Shown here piece by piece: positions 11,500 through 22,753 of a DNA stretch of 64,000 nucleotides. The stretch comes from Callorhinchus milii. Its lineage: Eukaryota. The notes below the pieces were generated by a model. The model worked only from the letters and a program-made list of their open reading frames with translations. It searched no databases and had not been told where the DNA came from. Every line of letters starts with the position of its first letter. The first letter of the stretch is position 1. The stretch covers positions 136,898,001-136,962,000 of the forward strand of contig NW_024704742.1 of the NCBI RefSeq assembly GCF_018977255.1, read 5' to 3'. The position numbers and the translations under genes are program-made.

Positions 11500-12070
11500 G
11501 ATCCTTAGGATCTCGCCTGACCTTTTTGGAGAGTCTCTGAGGCCGGGTAGGAAGGGGGGAGTCAGTCCTCTTAGTGTCTCCTCAGATTGAATAGTTTGTT
11601 TTGCTTCCTCCCCCCCTCTCTCTCTCTCTCTCTCACTCACACACACACACAAAGCAAAATAGGTTTGTGCTCCTCCTTGGGAGTAAATGCTCCCGAAGCC
11701 CAGGCTCAGGGCGGGGAGGGGAGGGTTGGTGGCCAAGAAATGCCAGGAAATGCACACGCAACGGTGCTGGGACAGCCACTGGACATGAGCAGTGCTGCAG
11801 CTGAGGGGAATCTGGGAGTTGTAGTCAATTTGCACAACACAAACCCTTTTTGAAACCTATACTCCATTCCATTCCCCCCTACCTTCCCTCTCTCTACACC
11901 CCACCCACCCCCCACCCACCCTTCTCCTTCTTCTTCTTCTTCTTCTTCTCCCCGCATCGTGCACAATCGAGAAAATAATGTCTCGCCATACGGTATATAG
12001 TTTGGGGCGTGACGCGCCATGCGACCGGCTTAGGGTGGTGAGAGGCAAACTGGATGGCCCTCGGTCTTGT
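11500..12070 (-). promoter_or_regulatory. Promoter with ZNF143/Staf (SBS) motif and probable non-coding first exon
   Basis: GACTACAACTCCCAG on minus strand at 11812-11826; GC box GGGCGGGG ~11709; CpG cluster 11950-12030; possible donor AAG|GTCAGG with exon end 11522. Confidence 0.55.
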
Positions 12071-12666
12071 TTTGTCCAGCAAATTCTTACCGATGATTCT
12101 TAAAAACAATAATAATTTGGTCACTCAATCCGCCACCGCTGTGGGCGATTGGCTTTTGTGTCTTGCCCACCAAATATACAGTCAATTCACTTTACAGTGT
12201 ATTCTGTGAAGCGCATTTGAGAAGTCTTAGATGATGTGATAAGTCGCTCTCTCAAATGCAAGGATTATTATTTATTATTGTAAGATCTTCAGTAGATTAA
12301 AGCAGTGAAGTTGCCGGTTTATCAGAAGAATGTTGCAGGGTGAAATGCTGCTCTCAGGAGATCCTGTACCACGAGAGTGGGAACTTGCCATTAAGCTTTG
12401 ACAATAAACGACCTATGTTTGCCCTAATCATAGAGAATATTACAACACAGAAGTATGCCACTGGACTCAACAAGCTAACAGTGCTTTCCTCCACTTAGGC
12501 CAATTTACCTTTCTTGGTGGCTCCCTTTGTACTTCAATATTGCTCCTCTTCGAGCACTGAGATGTCACCCAGCATGAAGGGTGCTATATAACAAGAAGTT
12601 GCATTTATATAAAAGCAAGTTGTTGTTGTTGAACCTGTAACCTCTTGACATGCCACCTTGGGTATC

Positions 12667-13104
12667 TGGGGACTGTAGCTCAGTGGTTAGAGCACTCACC
12701 TTACAAGCAAGAGACTTGGTTTGATTCCCTGCATGACGCGACATTGGCCAAGGTTCCTTACTCCACACGCCTCTGTTTACCTTGCAGTATGTAGGAACCC
12801 GGTTGTTAGTCGATTGGCGGATCACTTTTCTAGCGATAATAATTCCTTCCAAAAAAAATTGGTCACTCAATCCACAGCTGTTTGTGGGACACTGCTGTGT
12901 GCAATTGGCTGCCGTGTTTCGCCCACACATATACGGTCAATTCATTTTACAGCATATTCTGTGAAGCACTTTGAGACGTCCATAAGACGTGAAAAGCGCT
13001 ATATCAAATGCAAGGATTATTATTATTATTCTGTGATGTGCTTTGAGATGACTTGAAGACGTGATAAGGCGCTTTATCAAATGCAAAGATTATTATTATT
13101 ATTA
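12667..13104 (+). mobile_element. tRNA-Ala-derived SINE, long form, with duplicated 3' tail
   Basis: Full head-body-tail to ~13030, then a second TTCTGTGA...AATGCAAAGATTATTATT tail. Confidence 0.9.
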
Positions 13105-15264
13105 TCTTGATCGCAGGAGATTCTGTCCAATTTCCTTTTAAAATAATTTAAACTCAACTTCAATTAGTTTACCAACCAATCTGTGGGTTAAATAAATATA
13201 TTCTAATTACATCAAATATCTCCAAACACTTCAAATGGGTGACTATATTTGTAGGCTGCCAATTTTTACACAGCAATGTCCCACAAACATCCATGAAATG
13301 AATAACCAGTTTACCTGGACGATTGTTGGCCAGGAAACTGGGAAAACTCCTCATTTTCAATAGTGCCATAGGATATTTAACATCCACCCGAACAGTCAGA
13401 TAGAACTTCAGTTTAATGTTTCATGGGACCACTGAAAATGCACCAATCCCTTAGTCCTCGCGCTTTGGGATGTCCTCCTGACATGAAAGGCACTATACAA
13501 ATTTAATTTTGCTGTTGTTGCACTTTGCTTGAAGCTGCCATTATTTTAAATTGGTGCCCTTTACTAAAGTGCCTGATGAATGGGCAGACAGGACCTTCGA
13601 CAATTTCATGAGAATGTTAGCCTAGACAGTGAGCTCAAAGTCCCAACAAAGGGATCGAACCACTGAGAGTGATTTTAACTTAAATAACAAACTTTGGAAA
13701 AAGTGGCCTGGATAGTGAGTTGCCTGTATTGTTAAGATACCGTTTACTGTACTGAATGCTATGGAGTAGGGAAGGACAGTAAATCATTAAGTTCCCGTCT
13801 GATAATTGAAGACATGTCTGTTTTGTGGGGAAATGAGAGAAGACAAAATTAAAACCTGCTTATGATGATCTCTCCCACAACTGATGCATTATTTCACCAC
13901 ACAAATAAACATGACAGCCTCCATGGGTACATATATTACTATGTATTTAGGGTTGCTACATTTTGGAACAGAATATTTTTTTGCTGGGGTGAAGGAGATT
14001 GCAGAGCTACAGAGGGACGTGACCCATGGTGGGATTTAAATTTAAGGACCAGTATCTAGAATTTGAAGAGATTTGTTTTGAGGCAGTTTTTGATGGCAGG
14101 GAGAGCAGTGGCAGAGTAAAATGTTTTTTTTAAAAAGGCAAATTAACAGAATAATAGAGAATTACTTAGAATTATAGCATTCAGGGAAATTCTGGTTGCA
14201 GGATTATTTATACTTAGCTAAAACCAGATGCATGCCAATGATCTTTTTCTGCTCCTATACATTTCGATGTGCAGAAGATAACAAGTTCATTAGGAATTAT
14301 TTTGTCTCAGTGTACCTATAACTTTTCTGCTTGATTAGTATGTGTAAGACTTAATGTAGCCTCAGCCTGCCAATCTGTACAGATTAGTTCTCATTAATGG
14401 ACAACATTTTTATCCATAACGCCTAATCATTTGGAAATGCTTCAAACTGCTTCACGATAGTTGGTCAAGTCACTTTTTTTGCAGGTGAATGCGGCAGCTA
14501 ACACACACAATCAAGTCCCACAAATAGTCGGAAGACAAACGACCAATTAAACTGATTTGTTATCAAAAACCAGAAAAAATTCCCTTTTCTTTTTGACAGA
14601 TAGTGTCATTGTTCACTTGTCAGCCTTAACAGAGAGAGTCATCAAGGTAGCTGAATCAGCGAGGGGGGGAGGGAGAATCAATCAATTTTGCCCTCACTTG
14701 TCATCCTTGTCAACATTTTTTTTAGAGTTTTGAAAGCAGAGAGGGAAATAGTGAAGTGGATGGAGATGGTAGTGTATTTATTAACCATTGCTCAGAGGGA
14801 AATAGCCTATCAATTTCATTCTGGGTTTATTCTGTTGTATGTGTAACTGTGTGTAGAATATATATATATATAAAAATATGTAAATAATAGCCAGTGAAAA
14901 GGATTGGTTGTGAATTGCACAACCAATGTATATGTTTCTTAATGATTGTTACATATGGTTTACACAAAGCACGTATACACATAGTGTAAGACACCGGCTG
15001 ACCAAAAAAATATATGTAGCATATAGTTTCCAGTACAGACTAGTTGGTCTGAATGGTCTGTTGCCGTGCCATATTATTATACACAATACAAATTTACATT
15101 CAACGCTCTAACTGATCTGGCCGCTGAGATCTGCTGATGAACATGGCTGGCTACTCTGTCATCAATATAACAGAAATACTTTTAGTAGATGAAAGCTTAT
15201 TCAATGAGTTGGAACGACTGAGAAAGTTGCATATTCACATTCTGGTCTGAGCTGATCTTAGCAA

Positions 15265-15515
15265 TGACTGTATATTTTGTGGGCGAAATACGGCAGCCAT
15301 TTGCGCACCGAAGAGTCCCACAAACAGTTGTGGATTGAGCAATCAAATTATTATAATTTTTTAAATTCTTATTTTTTTAAAGTATTATTATCCCTGGAAA
15401 AGCAATCCACCAATCAACTAACAACCAGGTTCCTACTTACTGCTCAGTAAACGGAAGCGTGTGGAGTAAGGTAACCTACCTAACATTTCGCCCTGCCCAG
15501 CAATCAAACCCAGGA
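15265..15515 (-). mobile_element. tRNA-Ala-derived SINE, long form, partial
   Basis: Reverse Deu-like core plus GGTTCCTACTTACTGCT...GTGTGGAGTAAGG segment. Confidence 0.8.
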
Positions 15516-16123
15516 ATATAACTCTAGAAGGGTACAATTATGATTGATTATCCTGCCTGCATTCCCTGGGGACTTTTCTCTAAAAATAGCCAGTCATGTT
15601 TGGAATTTCCCATTGAAAAAAAGTAACATAACAATCCCTGTTTTCAGTGATTGACACGTGATTGTGCCCACTGTTTAGGCTCACATCCTTTTATAAAGAT
15701 GTAACAAAAACATCACTATTTTTAGCATTCAGTTCATGAGAGGCCTCGTGAGATAATGGGTTGTTTGACTGTGAGGGGCATTGCAGAGACCCTGATTCTC
15801 TCTTTAACTGATATGCATTCACAACCAGTAGGGGGTCATTGGATGGCAATCACGAGGGGAATACCCACAACTCCTAACTCAGCTAAAATGACCAAACTCA
15901 GCAGATTGGGGATCAAATCGTGCATTTTTTATTTGGGTGTTCCTCAAACAAGAATGTAGGTTATCCCTCAGATAACCATAAACCCACAAAACCTGGTTCC
16001 CAAATAGTCATGCACTCATGTTTCTCCACTTGTCCTTGTGGGAGTGGATCAAATTTGTCAGACCAGCACCCCTGCTATCCTGATCCCAGCCAACAGAGGG
16101 CTGGCATTCCTATGCCCAGCTGC

Positions 16124-16427
16124 ATAATAATAATAATCCTTGCATTTGATATAGCGCTTTTCACGTCTTCTAGACGTCCCAAAGCGCTTTACAGAATATA
16201 CTGTAAAGTGAATTGAGTGGGCGAACGCGGCAGCCAATTGCGCACAGCAATGTCCCACAAACAGTCGTGGATTGAAAATGACCAATTTATTATTGTTTTG
16301 TTTTTTGGAGGGATTATTATTAGGCTCTGTGTGGAGTAAGGAAACTTGTCCAAGGTTTCGCCCTGCCTGGAATTGAACCCAGGTGTCTCGCTTGCATGGC
16401 ATGAGCCCAGTAACCAAGAGCTGAAGG
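16124..16427 (-). mobile_element. tRNA-Ala-derived SINE, short form
   Basis: Reverse copy with CACAGAGCC marker and TAGAA hairpin loop. Confidence 0.92.
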
Positions 16428-18444
16428 CAGATCTGTATTGAGTTTCTCCGCTCCTCTTTGTGGGGGTGGATCAAACTCCTCAGATCAGTGCCTCATTACT
16501 CATCTCGGCCAGTCGCTCCTGGCAGTAGCTCCATGCCCCACGATGAATCATTGCGTGGCTTAGAACCTGATTCCCTAACATAATGAACCTCAAAGGAAGG
16601 TGCACTGGCAGGTTGCAATTTATATTTACTACTTCTTTATCATAATTATTTGTATTATATAATATTATGTTTATTATATAAGTTATATGTCATTTATCAT
16701 ATTAGAATTTGTGGAGTCCCATAGCGAGCTAGTTGGACCTTGGTCTTCTTTCACTTATCAAATTATTATCTTCTTATGTTCAATTGGCTGCCACGTTTTG
16801 ACCACAAAACCCACAGTCACTAAACTGTACATTATATTCTAGAAGCACTTTGAGGTCTCATTGACGTGATCAGGCACTATATGAAATGCAATTTATTATA
16901 TTATATCTGTAATTTATGTTCTCGTTGCAGTCCATAGAGCAACTAATAAGAAATATTCTACATTTGATCATAGCCAAGACTGAGAAGCCATTATTGAATG
17001 CTTACAGCAGACTATTCTGCGCACCATGTCAACATGTCAATTTCTACTGTCTACCCTAATCACATTCCCATCGTCTTTCTCTGACATTTTCACTCAAGTA
17101 TTTATCCAATTCTCTTTTAAACGCTGTTAGACTTCAACAACGTTTACAGTAATGTATTCCACATTCTAACAACGCTTTGTCTAATTTCATCTTGTTGCAG
17201 CATAAACTGGAAGGCAACACCTCACATGCATGATAAGAGATTTTGCCCACAAATTATACAGTAAATTCACTTTAGGGTATATTCTGTGAAGCACTTTGAG
17301 AGATCTCGAATACGTGATAGGGCACTATATCAAACACAACATTTATTATTATGAGACTCATAATAATTGTTCTCACAGCGGAGCTATAATGTCAATGTTT
17401 CACCAGGTGGCATCATTCAGCTATAACAGTGATGGGTTGAGTCGCTTGTTCCTGTGTTCAGTTGTTGGCTGAAAGTCCCATTTGTTAGCACTGCTTTCCT
17501 GCCGTAGTTTTAAGGCTGGCTTCCTTCATCCGCTTTCAACATCTGACCTTCCAGGTGGGCATTTAAAAGGGCAGTGTAGCTTTATTCAGTAGTAACTACA
17601 CAGACTTAAATAAAGTGAAAACTGCAAACCGCAGCAAATATTACTATTAAGGAGACCAGTGTTTTTAGAAGTCTGGAGATGATTAAACGGAGAATAATGA
17701 CAACAATAATAATCCTTGCATCATCGTTGAGATGTCTCAAAACACTTCACAATATATATTCTAAAGTGTAAGCTGGGTATTTGTGTGCAAAATATTTTTT
17801 TTTGGGGGGTGGGAGGGGATTTTGACTGCACTGGGGGTAAGTAAAGTAGGTATGGAGGCGAGTGAAACTCCACAAATGGAGAAAGTGATCTTGGTTAAGG
17901 ATTGTCCAACCACCAAGATTACGTACTGGCTCTCATTTAGGATTACCAGTACAGTGCACCCAACTACAGTACAATCAAAATAATTACTGGCTCAAACACA
18001 CAGCCTTGCTTCAATTTGAGTCCTTTTCTTCCAATTACTTAGGCTTCTTTATTGCCTCTCTGGATTCTAGCATTTAGCTTGCTCCATCTATTGGTGGCGC
18101 CACAATTCATTAAACCCTGCCCATGGAATTTCTGTAAAAACCATAATCGCTACCACAGTAAAAAAATGCAGTCTGCCCCATTTATGTTTGTATTTGGCAT
18201 ATTGTCCCTTTAACACACCCTCATCAATGTGAATCTATCATTAAACTAACCAAATTAAATCCAGAAAATGGTAACCTTTATTAAAGCAGTGCAAGCAACT
18301 CAACAGCGCTCCCAATTCCTGTGACTTCTAGTTAGTTTTTATGTCAATTTTGTTTGCTTTACTTTTTTAAATAGCTCCCTTGTTTACTAGAACTGTAAAC
18401 ACAAAACTAAAGGATGAAAATTTAAAATTTTACTTACTGTCTCA

Positions 18445-18740
18445 AAACCTTTCTCTTTGACCGAGCCTTCAGCTCCCCTCTCGACTCTCTTCCCCCTCCT
18501 CGCTCCCTCCCTTCCCTCCCCTCACCCTGACCATTTCCCCCCTCCTCGCTCCCTCCCTTCCCTCCCCTCACCCTGACCATTTCACCCCTCCTCGCTCCCT
18601 CCCTTCCCTCCCCTCACCCTGACCATTTCCCCCTCCTCGCTCCCTCCCTTCCCTCCCCTCACCCTGACCATTTCCCCCCAATGCTCGGGTCCTGACCCAA
18701 CTGTGCAGCGCCTTGGGACGTCCTCCTGACGTGAAAGGCT
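18445..18740 (+). mobile_element. Young L2 3' UTR with four copies of a ~45-bp unit
   Basis: Matches the 3' UTR of the L2 at 22754-24351; ends in GCGCCTTGGGACGTCCTCCTGACGTGAAAGGC. Confidence 0.9.
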
Positions 18741-19190
18741 TTAGGTTCATTTATCATCTTGAAAAACCTACAATCAGGAAAGTAGATAAATGCAATGAAA
18801 AGGCTTTGGGATGGGAGAATCATACACATTTGAATCTACCCGGATATGTCTGGGCTGTAAAGGAATTCTAACTAATCCTAATGAATCACTTAAAGATTTA
18901 TGATACATTGTTTTACACATACATGTTCAAAATATAGTTGAAATGCTCAAACAATAAAACAATGCAACTTATATGATACTCACAGGATTGCAGTCACCCC
19001 AGCACAATTTTATTAGTTTAGGTACTTTGCATGCATGGTCCCATTAGTATTAATGATGTAAAATTGCAAGCGATAGCCTTGGGGCTTAGTTTGGGGCCTA
19101 GTTGATTGTAATTCTATTGCAATCTTGTTCCTTATTTTCAAAGTCTTATAGAAGTTTAACCATGACCCAATCATTTAAATTATCAAGTAT

Positions 19191-19518
19191 TGGAGTCCTG
19201 TAGCTCAGTGGTTAGAGCACTCGCTTTGCATGCGAGAGACCTGAGTTCAATTCCAGGCAGAGGGCGAAACCTTGGGCAAGTTTCCTTACTCCACACAGAG
19301 CCTAATAATAATCCCTCCAAAACCAAAAACAATAATAAAATTGGTCATTTTCAATCTACGACTGTTTGTGGGACATTGTTGTGCGCAATTGGCTGCCGCG
19401 TTCGCCCACAAATATACAGTCAATTCACTTTACAGTGTATTCTGTGAAGCGCTTTGGGATGTCCTCCCGACATGAAAAACGCTATATCAAATGCAAGGAT
19501 TATTATTATTATTATTAT
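19191..19518 (+). mobile_element. tRNA-Ala-derived SINE, young short form
   Basis: Near-identical to copies at 20428, 25244 and 62715; intact A/B boxes; (TAT)n tail. Confidence 0.95.
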
Positions 19519-19914
19519 AAGGCGCTTTATAAATGGAATCTTGTTGTTGTTGTTGTTGTACTCCAAATGCAGCTGATACCCACGGCCACACATTCATCAC
19601 CTCCCACCTCAACTATTCAAATATCCACTATCCACAAAATCTAGTTAAACCACATCTCACCGCCCGCATACTCACCTGTACTAAACTCTGCACACCCATC
19701 ACACCAGTTCCACTGGCCCCGTATCACCAAACATATCGATTTCAAGATCCTCAAGTGTCTTCAGATCCCTTCGTACTCTTGCACCTTCCTACCTCTCCAA
19801 CCTGCTTACCCCACTACTCCTGCTTGTTCCTTGTGCCCTCCATTCCACAATTGGTAAACGCGTTTTTAGCCACTGTTCCCCGAAACTCTGGAACACTCTC
19901 CATCAGCCTCCACC

Positions 19915-20169
19915 TTACCCCCTCCTTTGAGAGCCAGTGCAGGATCGATGGGTTAATGGTCTCCCCCCGTCCTGCAAATTTCTATGAAAACACAAATTCC
20001 ATATTTTATTAGGGTCAAGTATTAAGGATCTTATTTTTTTCTTCTCTGCTGCTTTCTGCTTATACATTATCCCTTTTCTCTGTGCTGAGGTCATAATCAT
20101 TTCTTGAAGCATATTTTCAAAATGCATCATCCACTCTGCTAGGTTTAGCCACTTTTTCCCGTCATGTTC
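19915..20169 (-). CDS. Putative exon 3 of an unrecognised small spliced gene (EHDGKKWLNLAEWMMHFENMLQEM...)
   Basis: Acceptor CCACATCCTCTCAG|GAA; only phase 0 is open; AATAAA on minus strand at 20010-20005; no homolog recognised. Confidence 0.3.
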   Translation of the reverse strand, partial: EHDGKKWLNLAEWMMHFENMLQEMIMTSAQRKGIMYKQKAAEKKKIRSLILDPNKIWNLCFHRNLQDGGRPLTHRSCTGSQRRG

Positions 20170-20427
20170 CTGAGAGGATGTGGCAGGATCCACCCTCTAT
20201 ATATTTCTTATATGTGGTCAACCTATCGCAGCCTCCATTGAAATACTTGGTGATTTGGTGGTAAGGGAGTATTTTGAAAAGAGTGACCATAATATGATAG
20301 AAATCAATGTTAGATAGAGGAAAAAGGGAGGGTCACAAACTGAGATCAACTGTTAGGGGATAAGAAGAAAATTAACTAAAACTTGCATTTTTGAAACTGA
20401 TCACAATGAAACATCTCAAAGTATTTA

Positions 20428-20756
20428 TAATAATAATAATAATCCTTGCATTTGATATAGCGCTTTTCACGTCGGGAGGACGTGAAAAGCGCTTCACAGA
20501 ATATACTGTAAAGTGAATTGACTGTATATTTGAGGGCGCACGCGGCAGCCAATTGCGCACAGCAATGTCCCACAAACAGTCGTAGATTGAAAATGACCAA
20601 TTTATTATTGTTTTTGGTTTTTGGAGGGATTATTATTAGGCTCTGTGTGGAGTAAGGAAACTTGCCCAAGGTTTCGCCCTGACCTGCCTGGAAATGAACT
20701 CAGGTCTCTCGCTTGCAAAGCGAGTGCTCTAACCACTGAGCTACAGGACTCCACAA
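20428..20756 (-). mobile_element. tRNA-Ala-derived SINE, young short form
   Basis: Full-length reverse copy with apparent ATTTA target duplication (20423-20427 and 20757-20761). Confidence 0.95.
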
Positions 20757-21039
20757 ATTTACAGTAATTACTGTGAGGGGTAGCAACTGTTTTTGTATAC
20801 AAAAGCATAGAAAATTAAGGGCCCTGCAAACAGTCATGAGCAAACAACTGGAGAATTGTTATCCAAGATATGAGAAAAAAAATCCTCTTGTTGCATGGGA
20901 TCTTTATTGTCCACCACGAGAAACGTTATATGGGGCCTGAATTTAACATTTAAGTTGAATGATGTCATTATCAACATCTTTTCACCTATGGTCCTGACCT
21001 CCTTAACCTTCCTGGGTATCCCTCAGACTCACCGAACAT

Positions 21040-22753
21040 GTGCACAACCTAGGTGTCTGGTTTGATTCCTTATTGTCCTTTCAACACCACATCCGGTTCC
21101 TAACCAGAACCACTTTCCTCCACCTCCACCACATCGCATTTGTCCAATGTACTCCTTGCAAGTCTCCCCAGCTCCACCATTGATTCAAAATTCCACTGCC
21201 TGTACCCTCAACCCATCGACTCAGTCCTTGCTGTGCTCCATCTTTCTCTCTGTTGAAGAACAGATCAATTTCAAGATTCTCACTCATCTACAAATTAATT
21301 TATGCCCTAGCGCCTTTCCAACATGCTCATAATCTAATCCTCTACCTGCTCTCTTTGCTCATGTCTTCTGCATGTCTCTTGACCCTTCTGCTTCACCATC
21401 AATGGCCGAGCCGTCAGCCACTATGCCCTGAATCTCTGCTTCTGGTTTCAATCTCTTTGCTTTGCCCCATCTTCAGATTGCACCTGCTCCCACGACCCCA
21501 TCCCTACCCCTCTCCTTACCTACCAGCTCCACTCCCTTGCCCCTACTCACAAACATCATAAACCTCTCCCTGTCCACTGGCACCGTTCCCACCCCTTTAA
21601 AAACAGCCGACATCACACCTATCCTTAAAAAATCCTCCCTGGACCCATCTCTGCTCTCAAACTACCACCCATCTCCAACCTCCCTTTCTTTTCCAAGATC
21701 CTGGAACGAGTTATTCTAATAAGACTTAGTTGAGGAAGGGCAGGAGGCTCATGCGGAGCATAAACACCAACATAGACCAGTTGGGCCGAATGGCCTGTTT
21801 CTGCGCTGTATATTCTAAAGCATTCTAATGAGTCATTGCTTCCCAGCTTCGCTACCTCCTCTCCCGACACTTCCTTCACGAACCTTTCCAATTGGGTTTC
21901 CGTGCCTCCCACACCACAGAAACAGCTATGGTCAAAGTGACAAATGACATCTTGTCCATCTGTGACCAAGGATCCCACTGCCTCCTCATCCTCCTTGACC
22001 TCTCTGCTGTTTTCAATACCGTTGACCACTCTATCTTCCTCCACCATCTCTCCTCACCTTAACCTTCATGGTCTTGTCCCTGAATGGTTCTGATCCTACC
22101 TCACACACCATTTCTACTTCATCTCTACAAACGGTTTCTCCTCTAGGCCTTGCACCATCTTGTGCGGCGTTCCTCAGGGCTCTGTCCTTGGTTCCTTCCT
22201 CTTCAATATCTATATGCTCCTTCTTGGTGATATCATCCGCAGACATAGAGTCAACTTCCACATGTATGCGGATGATAGCCAACTCTATCTCTCTGCCTCC
22301 ACCCTTGACTCCAGCACCCCAGCTATCCTGACACAATGTCCTGACAATCTTGCTCACTCTTGTGAGATGTAAATTAATGAGTGCGGTGAATGGGATAATT
22401 CCGGATTAAACATTAAACTGTCTGTCTGTCAGACATCAATTCCTGGATGAGAGCTAACTTTCTTCAGTTGAAGGCCCTCCTGATTGGCTCCTGTCAGCGC
22501 CTCCATACCTCAGGCGCTGACATCATCACCAACTAAGGATGCACACTCAACCTCACTGAGTTAGTCCATAACCTTGGCATCTTGTTTGACCCTCAACTAT
22601 CCTTCCTACCCCACATCTATGCCATGTCCCGCTCTGCCTTCCCCCACCTCCGCAACATCGCCCAACTCCGCCATAGGCTGCCGAAACCCTCATACATGCA
22701 TTCATAATATCAGGCTTGACTATGAAAACTCCTTGCTTGTTGGCCTCCGCAAC
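21040..22753 (+). mobile_element. Decayed L2 ORF2 fragments
   Basis: [24 protein letters not shown] and YADDSQLY motifs with stops and indels; the element resumes at 24352. Confidence 0.85.

Noticed and set aside
8511..11540. 1009-aa Ser/Ala/Gln/His/Pro-rich ORF
   Set aside because: Within the array T is essentially always followed by C, so no plus-strand stop can occur. The start is non-ATG and the ORF crosses unrelated simple repeats.
19191..19262. tRNA-Ala(TGC) gene (and similar heads elsewhere)
   Set aside because: Acceptor stem does not close and each head continues into SINE body and tail
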